DNA of 64,000 nt from Anaeramoeba ignava BMAN. Lineage: Eukaryota; Protista; Anaeramoebae. The DNA is taken from the NCBI GenBank assembly GCA_028826165.1, contig JAPDFW010000070.1, positions 620,001 through 684,000 on the forward strand. Reading direction: 5' to 3'. A program made the position numbers and the translations under genes. Below, one piece after another: positions 13,440-32,107 of this stretch. Numbering within the stretch: the first letter of the stretch is position 1; each line of letters starts with the position of its first letter. Under the pieces are notes generated by a model, which saw only the letters and a list, made by a program, of their open reading frames with translations, did no database searches and was not told the origin of the DNA.

Positions 13440-16400
13440 TTATTTTTGATCAAATTTTTTTTTGATTCCTAATTCTGCTAATGTTTTAATTTGTTCCCTA
13501 ATAGCTTCTATCCAACTTTCCATTTCAATTTGAGATTGGCAAACCAAAGTTAAATCAGAAAGAGATCCAAAAGGAATAATTTGGAAAGAATTTTCTATTT
13601 TTGTTTTAAAAAAGAAATTTGAAATAAATTAATTTTCATTATAAAAATTCTTATAAATTTCATTATAAATTTCATTTTAAATTTCATTTCAAATTTCATT
13701 ATAATTTTCATTTTAAATTTTCATTATAAAAATTCTTATAAATTTCATTATAATTTTAATTATAAATTTCATTATAAATTTCATTATAAATTTATTTATA
13801 AATTTCATTTTAAATTTCATTATAAATTTCATTATAAATTTCTTTATAAATTTAATTATAAATTTCATTATAAATTTCATTATAAATTTAATTATAAATT
13901 TCATTATAAATTTAATTATAAATTTCATTATAAATTTCATTATAAATTTCATTTTAAATTTCATTATAAATTTAATTATAAATTTATTTATAAATTTAAT
14001 TTCATTTTAAATTTAATTATAAATTTCATTATAAATTTATTTTAAATTTCATTATAAATTTCATTTTAAATTTCATTATAAATTTAATTATAAATTTCAT
14101 TTTAAATTTCATTATAAATTTCATTATAATTTTCATTTTGAATTTAATTATAAATTTCATTATAAATTTCATTATAATTTTAATTATAAATTTAATTATA
14201 AATTTCATTATAAATTTCGTTATAAATTTCATTATAAATTTCATTATAAATTTCATTATAAAATTAATTATAATTTTCATTTTAAATTTAATTATAAATT
14301 TCATTATAAATTTCATTATAAATTTCATTTTAAATTTCATTTTAAATTTCATTATAAATTTCATTTTAAATTTAATTATAAATTTCATTTTAAATTTAAT
14401 TATAAATTTCATTATAAATTTCATTTTAAATTTCATTTTAAATTTCATTTTGAATTTCATTATAAATTTCATTTTAAATTTAATTATAAAATTCATTATA
14501 ATTTTCATTTTAAATTTCATTATAAAATTCTTTTGAAAATTCTTTTGAAAATTCTTTTGAAAATTCTTTTGAAAATTCTTATAAAAATTCTTATAAAAAT
14601 TACCTAAATCATCTATCTTCCTAACAAAAGCTTGAGCAAGTTCAAGATAAGTCTTAAAAAAATATTTATCCTTTTTTTGAGGTTTGGCAACAACAAGAAC
14701 ATCATTAAATAACCAAACTTGACTTTTATAATGAGATTTATCAAAACGAACAAGAGAACCTTCTTTCTTCCACTCACGAGCACCATCAAGAAGAGAAAAA
14801 TTTTTGGCAATAGAAGTTAAACTAGCAAAGATCTCATAAACTTTATTAGCACCATCATTAGATTTCTTTTTCTTATCAACAAAATCAGCAACCTCAACAA
14901 CACTAAGATAGGCCTCAGAAAGACGAGAATAATCAAGAGATCTGGAGGATGTGGCCTTCAGAATCTGCTCGAAAAGAAGAGGATATTTGCAGATACGCTG
15001 AACAGGTTTGATCAAGAAATCAACAAGATCCAAACCTTTTGCTTCGGGTACATTTTCGCGAACAATTCGGATATGCTCAATAAACGGAAGATCTTTTTTG
15101 GCATATTTTTCCTTTATTATTTCAAGCGCTTTCTCATGAGAAAGACAATATCCTGCATACAACTTGAGGTTTTCGGTGTGCTCCAAAAAAACGGCACCAA
15201 CATCCACATTTAAAGCGCGTCCTTTGAGCTTCTTCATCTGCGATTGCATTTTTTCAAGAATTGCGTAATTGATGTTCTGAATCTTCTTGATTGACGAGAA
15301 AATAATACTTGCTTCAGAGGAGTTAATTATGGTCTTCTCGATCATTGGCTCCATAAAATGCTTGAGGATGGTATCAAGATCTCTGACATATTCCTCCTCC
15401 GTTTTTATCAGTTCCGTGATCACATTTTCACGCCGATCCGCATTTGTCTTTTCTGCCTTAGGAAGATTTTGTGCATATTTGCTTCTTATTTGGCTAATTG
15501 GGTTTGTGTTTCCCGATTTTCTCTGTTCGATTTGTTCTTCGGAAAAGACAAACTCAGTTTCGGGAACAATTGGAACAAAAAATGATTTATTCAACTCATC
15601 GAGAAATTCTTGCCTCAATTCTGTGCTTGGAAATGATAGTATAACCCGTCCAGGTCCAGATTTGAGCAAGATATCCACCGCATTTGTCATCCCTTCATCA
15701 GGAAAGTCCGAAAGCTTGCGAAGAATAAAAGAGTCGTAATCGAGATTTTGGTCCATTGTGTATTTGTCTTTTTTTCCTCTTCTTTTCGCTAAAATTAGCA
15801 TATCGTTAAAAAGAAAGTAATATTCTTCAACTTTCGCTGATTTCCCCACTCTGATTGTTGCTCCGCTTCTTGCGAAATATCTCCCCGGATGAGGAATGGA
15901 TAGATCTCCTAATCCTTTAATTTTTTTTTGGAGATCATAAAGTTCAAATTGATGATCGTATTTGTAAATTTTAGGTTGAATTTTTTCATATAAGTTTTTC
16001 ATTTCCTCATAGAGTTTCAATATTTTGTGGTGATCTTCTGTGTCTTTTTCTGTGTGAGAAAGAAGATTTTCGATATTCTGGAAAAAATTAGAGAAATGTT
16101 TAAGCGGAATAATTAAGAAATCAATAAATTCCATTCCTTCTAATCTTTGGCTCAGTACCTTTTCAACAAGATCGTTGAATGCTGGATTTTCGCTTCGGAA
16201 TGCGTACATTTTGTACAATGCTTTGTCGAAGTTTGCGTACCAATCGATGTAAAGTTGAACGTGGAAATGTTCAAGTGCTTTGCTTACTACAATTTCGGAG
16301 ATTGGAAGATTGTCTTGTTTTAGTAATTCTCCGTATATTTCTGAGTGTCTCATGATTATTTGCTCGATGTTCCCAAATATGATTTCGAGTTGTGAGGTTG

Positions 16401-18010
16401 TGAGGAGATTAGACATTGTTATTGGAATAATGAGACCCTATTATATAAATAAAAATATAAATATAAATATAAATACAAATACAAATATAAATATTTGATT
16501 TTAAATTTACAGAAAGAAAACGATCCATATCAGTAAGAAAATTTCTCTGTGTTTTTTTTATATTATACATATCAACTCCTCGTTTATTAATATTAGACAT
16601 TTCCATAGTCTTTGCTTCTGTGGTTTTTTGTACCTTCAATACTTGAACATATTGATCTTCTTCTCTACCTTTTTGAATTTCAATTTTAGGAGTAACAGGA
16701 ATATCACCATTAACTGGAGTAGATTCATCCAAAGAGGTTTTTTTCTGAATTTGTTGTTCAGAATCCTTGGGTTTCTTTGGATCATTAACAATATTATCAG
16801 AAACTTTTTTCGGTTTATTTTTGCGAAGTTTTTGGAGAATATTTGAAATATTTCCAAGCCGACTTCTGATTTTTTTTGAGCTTTTAGTTTTATCTTTTTG
16901 ATTATCTTTTTGGCTATTATCCTTTTGATTATTTTGTTTGTCATTTGTTGGCGAATTTAAAGGTGGTTTATTAGGATTTGTTATTGTTGTTGTTGATGTA
17001 ATTTTCTTTTTTATTTCCTCAAAATGAATTGATGGTTCGTGTGTTTTTTGTTTAGGTGATTCAACTTTTGATAGAATATTAGCTTTGGGACTTGATTGAA
17101 ATTGGTTTGGTGTGGTTTTGTTTGGTTGATTTGTGAATTTTTTTGGAGAAAAATTAGTATCTCGAAAAGAAGTAAATTTTTTATCTCCAAAAGTATTTAG
17201 AGGTTTTGGAAAATATATTCCTGTTTGTTGTTTTGTTTGTTGAGAAAGAGTTCGATTTTGAGGCGAAATTTTTGAGGGTGAAAAATTTGGATGGGAATTT
17301 TTTTTAGGTTGTTTTTCTGTAGTATTTGATAATAAATCATGATAACTACTGCGTGAATTAGATTCTCTATTACGGGGTGGAGTTCCGTATTTAATTTGGG
17401 TTTTAGTTGTATTTGCATTTGCGTTTGTATTTGCATTTGCATTTGCATTTGTATTTTTTGGATTGCTCTGTAATTTGTCAAAAAATCCTGGGTTCTGTTC
17501 AGCCCATCCTGTTTTATTTCCTCTTTCATTTACTTGAAATGATCTTCCTTGGCTTATAATGTTATCTTGTCTTTGATTTGTGATTTTATTTTGTGGTTTT
17601 GGGAAATCAATTGGAGCTGATGTTTTTCGAGTAATTTTTTCACTCCCAAAACTTTTTTGAATTTTAATATTTTTTTGATTTTGAATATTTTTTTGATTTT
17701 GAATATTTTTTTGATTTGAAACTGTTTTTTGATTTTCGATATTGTTTTGATTTCCAATTTGTTTTGGTTTTGGAAATGGAATTTTACTCAGATGAACTGG
17801 AGTTTGTGTTTTTTCTTCTTCTTTTACAATTATTGGCTCTCTTTTTTTTGGTTGTGGAAATTTCATTGGAAATTTTTTAGTTGTTTCCTGTTTTAATAAT
17901 TGTGAGTTTTCTGTTTCTTTTTTTTTGTGAAATTGTGTTGGTGAAATTTTTTTTGCATTTTTTATTGAAGTTGTTGAATTTGTTGGTTTTGGCCAAACTA
18001 TTTGACTCAT
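13440..18010 (-). CDS. Dbl-family RhoGEF with tandem DH-PH-DH-PH and a disordered N-terminus
   Basis: Exons 18010-16511, 16437-14604, 13594-13440. DH motifs ELIKTEEEYVRDL and FLIKPVQRICKYPLL. PH motifs YFLFNDMLILAK, WLFNDVLVVAK and ESWIEAI. Stop TAA at 13442-13440. Confidence 0.9.
13630..14600. repeat. Intronic 12-bp minisatellite (AAATTTCATTAT)n
   Basis: Fills RhoGEF intron 14603-13595 and creates the spurious FIMK/INFI ORFs. Confidence 0.9.
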
Positions 18011-18527
18011 TTTAGATGGTTTTGTTTGTTTTTTTTGTTTGTTTTTGTTTTTTTGTATTGTTTGTTTTTAAAAGTGGTAAAGAAAAAAGAGAAAAAAAAA
18101 ATGATCAAAAAAATGAATAAAAGAAAAAGAAAAAAATAAAAAAAATTTAAATAAAAAAATTAAAATAAAAAAATAATTCTTTTTTCTTTATCTTTTTGTT
18201 TTTCTTTTTGTTTTTGTTTTTGTTTTTGTTTTTGTTTTTGTTTTTGTTTTTGTTTTTAAAAAAAAAACAAATTTGTCATCAACAAAAAAAAATTTTTCAT
18301 TAATTAATTTTCTATTTATGTTTTGAAATTGTTTTTTCAGTTTGATCTTTATTTTAAAAATAAATAAAAAGATAATAAAGGAATTATTTTTTTTTTTTCT
18401 ATTCATTTTCTGAATTGAATTATTTATTTTTTTAAATAAAAAAAAAAACAAATAAAAAAAACAAATCAAAAACAAAATTTGAAAAAAGGAAGGAAGAAAA
18501 AATATTAGTGTGTTTTTTTTATACACT

Positions 18528-19220
18528 TTTTAAATATTAAATTCATTTAAAGGAAATTTTAAATATTAGATTCATTTAAGGAAATTTTAAATATTAGATT
18601 CATTTAAAGAAATTTTAAATATTAAATTCATTTAAGGAAATTTTAAATATTAAATTCATTTAAAGGAAATTTTAAATATTAAATTCATTTAAAGAAATTT
18701 TAAATATTAAATTCATTTAAAGAAATTTTAAATATTAGATTCATTTAAGGAAATTTTAAATATTAGATTCATTTAAAGGAAATTTTAAATATTAAATTCA
18801 TTTAAGGAAATTTTAAATATTAGATTCATTTAAAGGAAATTTTAAATATTAAATTCATTTAAGGAAATTTTAAATATTAAATTCATTTAAAAAGAAATTT
18901 TAAAAATATTAAATTCATTTAAAGAAATTTTAAAATTATTTAAATTTTTCATTTTAAATATTAAATTTTTAAAAATATTAAATTCATTAAAAGAAATTTT
19001 AAATATTAAATTCATTTAAAAGAAAATATTAAAGATTCATTAAAAGGAAATTTTAAATATTAAATTCATTTAAAGAAATTTTAAATATTAAATTCATTTA
19101 AGGAAATTTTAAATATTAAATTCATTTAAAGAAATTTTAAATATTAATTTCATTTAAGGAAATTTTAGATATTAATTTCATTTAAGGAAATTTTAGATAT
19201 TAATTTCATTTAAAGAAATT

Positions 19221-19238
<18 letters not shown>
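18528..19238. repeat. 28-29-bp minisatellite (TTTTAAATATTARATTCATTTAAAGGAAA)n overlapping the F-box gene stop
   Basis: ATTCATTTA recurs about every 28-29 nt. The last unit is continuous with the CDS end (ttaaatattagattcatc). Confidence 0.88.
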
Positions 19239-23740
<4,502 letters not shown>

Positions 23741-24365
23741 TTAACAAAAAAAATAATATGTCTTATTTTATGTTTTGTTTGTTCAATAAATAAATGGGGT
23801 TATGATCGTTTCCAGTTAATAAAAAATAATAAAAAGAAAATAATAAAAAAAAAAATAAGAAGAAAATAATTAAAAAAAATGAAATTAAAAAAAATAATAA
23901 AAATAATTAAAAAATCACAAGTGTCAATTTAACAATAAAAAAAAATAAAAAAAAAACAAAAAAGGAGAAAAATTAAATAAATTTGAAAAGAAGAAAAATT
24001 AAAAAAAAAAAAGGAGAATAAATTATTTTTTTTTTTCCACTTTCTTCCTTTCTCTTTTCTTCTTTTGATCAATCTTATCTAAATTAAAATTAAAATTTAA
24101 AATTAAAATTAAAATTTAAAATTAAAATTTAAGAAAGTAGAATAAATAATTTTGCTTTGTCGACATTTCTATTTTTACAATCAAATTAATGAATTTGCAT
24201 TTTATGTAAATTTAATAAAACCAAACAAAAGCAAACAAATTTAAAAAATTTTATTTGATCTTCAAAAAATTTTTCTTCTTCATTTTTTTATTTTGTTTTT
24301 AATTTTTCTCAACCAACAACTTTATTATTATTATTTTTTATTTTTTATTTTTACAATTTTTCCAA

Positions 24366-27300
24366 ATGGGGAATTCAAATCCAGAAAAAAGTCAGATAGA
24401 AAAAAATAAGAAAATTGAAGAGCAACTTCAAAAAGAAGCAGAAAATTATCAAAAAGAAGTGAAGTTATTAATTCTTGGTAATTTAATTAATTCAATTAAA
24501 ATTCAATTAAATCAATATTCAATTCAAATCAATATTCAATTAAATCAATATTCAATTCAATCAATATTCAATCAAACAGGAAGTGGTGAATCAGGAAAAA
24601 GTACTTTTGTTAAACAAATTAAAATTCTATTTCAAAATGGATTTTCTAAACAAGAAAAAATAATTTTTCGAAGAGTTATTCAAAGAAATCTTATCGATCA
24701 TACAAAAGTATTAATTAAAGCTTGTAAAAAATTGCAAATTAAATTTAAACCTGAAAATGAGGTAATTCCAACTAAAAAAAACAATTCAATATTTAATATT
24801 TAATTCAATTTTTAATATTCAATTCAATATTTAATTCAATATTCAATTCAATATTCAATATTCAATTCAATATTTAATATTCAATATTCAATTCAATATT
24901 CAATTCAATTCAATTCAATTTAATTCAATTTTTAATTCAATTTTTAATTCAATTTAATATTCAATATTCAATTCAATATTCAATTCAATTCAATTCAATT
25001 TAATTCAATTTTTAATTCAATTTTTAATTCAATTCAATATTCAATATTTAATTCAATTTTTAATTCAATATTCAATTCAATTCAATATTCAATTCAATAT
25101 TCAATTCAATATTCAATTCAATTCAATTTTCAATTCAATTCAATTTTCAATTCAATATTCAATTCAATATTCAATTCAATATTCAATTCAATATTCAATT
25201 TAATATTTAATTCAATTTTCAATTCGATATTCAATTCAATATTCAATTTAATATTTAATTTAATATTCAATTCAATATTTAATATTCAATATTTAATATT
25301 CAATTCAATTTAATTCAATATTCAATTTCAATATTCAATTCCAATATTTAATATTCAAATATTTTAATATTCATTCAATTTATTCAATATTCAATTCAAT
25401 ATTCAATTCAATATTCATTCAATATTCAATATTCAATTCAATATTTTAATCAATATTTATTCAATATTTAATTCAATTCAATTTTAATATTTAATTCAAT
25501 ATTCAATTCAATATTTAATTCAATTCAATTTAATTCAATATTCAATATTTATTCAATATTCATTCAATATTTAATTCAATATTATTCAATATTCGATTCA
25601 ATATTTAATTTGATTCAATATTTAATTCAATTCAATATTTATTCAATATTCATTCAATATTCAATTCAATATTCATTCAATATTATTCAATATTCAATTT
25701 CACCAATTTTTCAATTAATTTAATATTCAATATTCAATTTAATATTCATTCAATATTCAATTTCATATATTCAATTCAATTCAATTCAATATTCAACCCA
25801 ATATTCAATTCAATATTCAAATTCAATTCAATATTCAATATTCAATATTCAATTATTCAATATTTAATATTTAATATTTAATTCAATATTCAATATTCAA
25901 TATTCAATTTCAATATTCATTCAATATTCAATTCAATTCAATATTCATTCAATATTCATTCCAATTTTCAATTTTCAATTCAATATTTAATATTCAATTC
26001 AATATTTATTCAATATTCAATATTCAATTCAATATTCATTCAATATTCAATTTCAATATTCAATATTCAATATTCAATATTTTTAATTCAATATTTAATT
26101 CAATATTTACCAATTTAATTCAATTCAATTTATATTTTATTCAATATTCAAATTCAATATTTAATTCAATTCAAATTCAATATTTAATATTTAATTCAAT
26201 TCAATTTAATTCAATATTCAATATTAATTCAATATTCATTCAATATTTTAATTCAATATTCGATGTCAATATTCAATATTCAATATTTATTTTAATTCAA
26301 TATTTAATTATTCAATATTGATTAAATATTCAATTTCAATATTCAATTCAATATTCGATTCAATATTCGATTCAATATTCAATTCAATATTTGATTCAAT
26401 ATTCAATATTTAATATTCATATAATATTCAATTCATTCAATATTCAAATTCAATATTCGATTCAATATTCATTCCAATATTTCATTTCAATATTTAATTT
26501 AATTCAATATTTAATTTCAATATTTCGATTCAATATTCAATTCAATATTCAATTCAATATTATTCAATATTCATTTCAATATTCATTCAATATTCGATTC
26601 AATATTCATTCAATTTTCAATTTCAATTTATTATTAATATTTAATATTCAATATTCAATATTAATATTCAATATTCAATTCAAAAATATTCAATTCAATA
26701 TTCAATATTCAATATTCAAAACCCAATAAATATCAATATTCAATTCAATATTCAATATTCGATTCAATTTCAAATTTTATTCAATATTTAATATTTAATA
26801 TTCAATATTTCAATATTTAATTCAATATTCAATATTCATTTATTCAATATTCAATTCAATATCAATTTATTCAATATTCATTCAATAATTCAATATTCAT
26901 TCAATTCAATATTCATTCAATTCAATATTCAATTTACCAATATTCATTCAATATTTAATATTATTCGAATATTTATTCAATATTCATTTCAATATTTCAA
27001 TATTCAAATATTTAATATTTTATTTCAATATTTATTTATTTCAATTTATTTAATTCAATATTCAATATTTAATATTTAATATTAAATATTCAATATTTAT
27101 TATTTAATTCAATATTTACCCAATTCATTATTCAATATTTATTCCAATATTCAATATTCAATATTTAATTCAATATTCAATATTTAATATTTAATTCAAT
27201 ATTTAATTTTTTATTCGATTCAATATTTGATTCAATATTTAATTTAATATTCATATTCAATATTCAATTTCAATTCAAATTCAATATTTAACATTTAATT

Positions 27301-30026
27301 CAATATTTAATATTTAATTCAATATTCAATATTTCATTATTTATTTAATAAATATTTAATATTCAAATTCAATATTTAATTCAATATTTAATTCAATTTT
27401 CAATTTTAATTTAATATTCAATTCAATATTTAATTCAATAAATCAATATCAATATTCAAAATTCAATTCAATAATTCAATATTCATTCAATAATATTCAA
27501 TATTCAATTCAATATTAATATATTCAAAATTTCAATTCCAATATTCATTCAATATTAATTTTATTCAAATATTATTCAAAATATTTATTCAATATTAAAT
27601 ATTTCAAATATTTAATTCCAAATTTAAATTATTCAATTTTATTTAATATTCGATTCGATATTCGATTCAATATTTTCAATATTCAATATTCCAATATTCA
27701 ATATTCAATTCAATATTCAATATTCAATATTTATTTCAATATTCAAATTCAATATTTAATTCAATATTTAATTCAATTCAATTCAATATTTTAAAATATT
27801 CAATTCAATATTATTATTTCAATATTCAATATTCAATATTCATTCAATATTCAATATTTAATTCCAATATTTAAATTTAATTCAATATTCAATATTCAAT
27901 ATTTAATTCAATATTCAATATATTTAATATTTAATTCAATATTTAATTCAATACTTAATTCAATTTAATTTTAATATTCAATTCAATATTTAATTCAATA
28001 CTTAAATCAATATTCAATATTCAATTCAATATTTAATATTCAATATTCAATTCAATATTCAATTCAATATTTAATTCAATATTCAATTCAATATTTAATA
28101 TTCAATTCAATATTTAATTCAATATTCAATATTCAATATTTAATATTCAATTCAATATTCAATATTCAAATTTATTTTATTCAATATTCAATTTAATTTA
28201 ATTTAATTCAATATTTAATTCAATTTAATATTCAATTTAATATTTAATTTAATAGAAACTAGCCAAAGATTTCGTTTATTCAGCTCATTATACAAATGAT
28301 TCATTTGAACAAAATATAGCAAATGATATCCAAAATTTATGGAAAGATCCAGCAATAAAAAATGCTTATAGACAAAGAGAAAAATTTCATCTTCCAGAAT
28401 CTGCAGGATAGTAATTAATTAAATTCCTTTAAAATTAACAAAATTATTTACTAAATATTCGAAAAAAAAAATTCTACTTTCCAAAATGTGGAATAAATTT
28501 TTCTTCTTTTTCTTTTTTCTTAGTTTTTTTAGAAATATGGAAAAAATAATTTCTTCAAATTATCAACCAACAGATTCTGATATTCTTCTTTGTAGAATCC
28601 CAACTACTGGAGTTCAAACTTTAAGCTTTGTTCATTCAAATTATCCATGGAGGTAAATTTCATTCTCTATCTGAATTAAATCTATAAAATAATTCCAAAA
28701 TAAAATAATCCAAAAATAAAATAATCCAAATTAATTAATCCAAAATAAATTAATTCAAAAATAATTAATCCAAAATTAATTAATCCAAAATAAATTAATC
28801 CAAAATAAATTAATTCAAAATAATCCAAAATAAATTAATTCCAAAATAAATTAAATCCAAATAAATTAATTCCAAAATAAATTAAATTCAAAATAAATTA
28901 ATTCCAAATAAATTAATCCAAAATAAATTAATCCAAAATAAAATAATTAAATCCAAAATAAATTAATTCCAAAATAAATTAAATTCAAAATAATCCAAAA
29001 TTAATTAATCCAAAATAAATTAATTCCAAAATAATTAATCCAAAATAAATTAATCCAAAATTAATTAATCCAAAATAAAATAATTCCAAAATAAATTAAT
29101 CCAAAATAAATTAATCCAAAATAAATTAATTCCAAAATAAATTAATTCCAAAATAAATTAATCCAAAATAATCCAAAATAAATTAATCCAAAAATAATTA
29201 AATCCAAAATAAATTAATCCAAAATTAATTAAATCCAAAATAAATTAAATTCAAAATAATTTAATTCCAAATAAATTAATTCCAAAATAAATTAATCCAA
29301 AATAATTAAATCCAAAATAATCCAAAATAATCCAAAATAAATTAATTAATCCAAAATAATTAATTCCAAAATAAATAATTCAAAATAATCCAAAATTAAT
29401 TAATCCAAATTAATCCAAAATTAATTAAATCAAAATAAATTAATTCAAAATAATTTATTCCAAAATTAATTAAATAAGGGTTATTGATGTTGGCGGACAA
29501 AGATCCGAAAGAAGAAAATGGATTCATCATTTTGATAATGTTACTGTTTTAATATTTATAATTGCAATAAGTGAATTTGACCAAAAATTAATGGAAGATG
29601 AAACAACAAATCGATTAGAAGAAGCATTAGAATTATTTAAAAAAACAATTAATAACCAATATTTTTCAGGAACAAACTGCATATTGATTTTCAATAAAAT
29701 TGATATGTTTAAATTAAAATTGAAAAAACGGAAATTAGCTGATTGGTTTCCTGATTATACTGGTGGTAATGATTTTGAAAGTGCTTGCGAATTTATACAA
29801 GGAATGTTTATGAAAGTCCCAATAACAAAGAAATCTCATCCTCGTAAAATTATCTCTCATTTTGCCTGTGCAACAAATACTCAAAGCGTTAAACAAATTT
29901 TTGTAACTTTTTTTTTGTTGTGTTTTTATTAAAAAAAAAATTAAATTTTCTTTTCTTTGATTTTCTTTATTATTTTAGAATGTAATCGAGAAACAAATAG
30001 TTACGGATCATATGAAAAGAGTTTGA
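24366..30026 (+). CDS. Heterotrimeric G-protein alpha subunit
   Basis: Exons 24366-24477, 24580-24761, 28256-28410, 28524-28652, 29479-29902, 29979-30026. Motifs MGN (myristoylation), GSGESGKST, RIPTTG, DVGGQRSERRKW, NKID and CAT. Confidence 0.95.
24785..28250. repeat. 3.5-kb intronic satellite (TTCAATATTCAA)n
   Basis: TTCAA and TATTCAA modules fill G-alpha intron 24762-28255. Confidence 0.92.
28690..29470. repeat. Intronic minisatellite (ATCCAAAATAAATTA)n
   Basis: Fills G-alpha intron 28653-29478. Confidence 0.9.
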
Positions 30027-30781
30027 TATTCTTCTTTTAAAAAGAAAATTAAACCAAGTTTACTTTTTCTTCTATTATTTCTAAATTAAAAATTCTAAAA
30101 GAAATTTTTTGCTTTTTTTGTTCCACTTTTTACTTTTTTTTACTTTTTTTTACTTTGTTTTTGTTTTTGTTTTTGTTTTTTTGATAATGAATTTAAAATT
30201 AAAAATTTATTATTAAATTAATTTGTTGTTTTTGTTTTGTTTTGTTTTTTATTTTTAAAATCCACTTTTTTTTTTTTAATTAATTTTATTGCCACGTTTC
30301 AAAAAAAATAAATAAAGAAAAGAAATGATTGAAATTTTAATCAAAATTTTTAATTATTTGTATTTTAAAATCAATTAGATTTAAAATTTATTTCTTGATT
30401 AAAATTTTTTTTGGATTTTGGTTTAATTAAATTAATAAAAAAATTTAAATAGAAAAGGGAATAGTGATCAAAATTTAAAATAAAATTAAATTAAAATAAA
30501 AAATAAAAATAAATTAAAATAAAAAAAGAAAAGATCATAATTGAAAATAATTGAAAATAATTGAAAAACTTTTTTTTCTTTTTATTTAAATTTTTTTTTG
30601 ATTTGGTTTGTTTAGAATTGTTTAGATTTTTATTAATATTTTACAAAAGAATTGATTTTTCGAAATATTAATAAAAAAAGCAAACAATTCTAAACAAAAG
30701 AAAATAATAAAAAAGGGCAAAAAAAGAAACAAAAAAAAGGAAAAAAAAAAAACAAAAAAGAAATGGAATAGAATAAGCAAA

Positions 30782-31510
30782 CTAATCTTCTCTCATAAAA
30801 CAAACGGATTTGCGGCAATATTTAGTACAATTCTTTAAGCCTCTTTTCTTAAAAAACTCACTAATTCCTCTTTTAATATTTTTGGGCTTTTTATCAAGAA
30901 TAAGTGAAAGAACAACAAAAAGATCATTTTTGATAACAACTTTTAAAGGTAAATCACCAGATTGTGTTGTTTGTGGATTCCATCCTTCAAAAAAATGAGG
31001 GAATAAAAAGGAATAGAAATCAAGACGAGCTGAAACTCCAGGTTTGGGTGTTTGATTTAGAAAATTAATCACTTTTTCTTTATTATTTTCTGAAGCAGAT
31101 CGAATTGCTTTTGAAATGTACTGATTAGTATTTTCATTTCTTCGTGATGTCAACTTTTCTTCTTCAGAGAGATTAGTTTGATTGATTCTACTTGACTTTT
31201 TTTTTGTTCGATCGGAAGTTCTTGTTCTTTTAATTAACAATTCTTCTTTCTCTTCTTGTATTTCTATTTCTATTTCTTCTTCACTTTTTTTTTTCTTTCG
31301 ACTTTCTGCTTTTTGTTTTTTTTCTTTGTTTTCGATATTGATTTTTTGTTCTAGATTTAAACCGTTAGTAATTTGTAAAACTTTTGGAATTTCTTCGTAA
31401 GTTTTTTCTTTTTTCTCATCCAAATATTGATTTTTAGGAAAAAGAAGTTGAACTGATGGGCTTTTATGCAGTTCAGAAAGAATTTGAGCAGCTTCTAATT
31501 TTGTTAGCAT
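30782..31510 (-). CDS. Hypothetical protein with a basic/charged middle and a compact C-terminal domain
   Basis: 242-aa intronless ORF in an AT-rich background, with TCACTCTCACTTTT just upstream of the ATG. No family recognised. Confidence 0.65.
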   Translation of the reverse strand: MLTKLEAAQILSELHKSPSVQLLFPKNQYLDEKKEKTYEEIPKVLQITNGLNLEQKINIENKEKKQKAESRKKKKSEEEIEIEIQEEKEELLIKRTRTSDRTKKKSSRINQTNLSEEEKLTSRRNENTNQYISKAIRSASENNKEKVINFLNQTPKPGVSARLDFYSFLFPHFFEGWNPQTTQSGDLPLKVVIKNDLFVVLSLILDKKPKNIKRGISEFFKKRGLKNCTKYCRKSVCFMRED

Positions 31511-32107
31511 TAGAAAAGTGAGAGTGACAATTCCATTTTTTTCTTTTGTTCCATTTTCAAATTTTTTTTTTTTTTTATTATAATAATATTTTTATTACAC
31601 TTATAATTTATATATAAACTATTGATAAAGTTTCCAAAATTTTTTTTAATTAAATTTTTTTTGTTTGAAATTACAAAACAAAAAAATTTTTTTTCTTTTA
31701 TTTTCTTTTATGGATCTTCAGTTTTGTTTCTTGATTTCTTTTTAAATTAAATGAAAAGAATAATTTTATATTAGTAAAATTTAATAATAAAGTCTAAATA
31801 AAGGAAATGGTTTGACTTAGTGAATCTTTAATAAAAAAAATAAATTAAAATTTTTCTTTAAAAATCAAAAAAGGAAAAAAAAAAATTTTGTTTTTAATTA
31901 AAAATAAAAATAAAATAATAAATAAAAAGAACAAATTGTCCAATTTGTAATTAATTTTTTTGCTCACAATTTTAATTAGATTTAATTTATAAAACATAAT
32001 CCAAAAAATAGGAAAAAAAATTAAGAAGATAAAAAAAAAAAGAAATTAAATGCTAAAAAATAATATAGATGTGAATTTTGTTGAAGAGATTTCTCTAAAT
32101 TTTAACT

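Noticed and set aside
13713-14603. Long FIMK/INFI ORFs and the FIMK tail on the RhoGEF ORF
   Set aside because: Stop-free frames of an intronic 12-bp repeat. A GT-AG intron restores the PH domain.
24478-24579. 34-aa insertion in the G-alpha P-loop in the ORF track
   Set aside because: It is a 102-nt stop-free GT-AG intron. Removing it restores LLILGSGESGKS.
25330-27950. Apparent central degeneration of the G-alpha intron satellite
   Set aside because: Scattered single-base indels with cleaner flanks fit unpolished long-read consensus. It cannot be taken as biology without reads.
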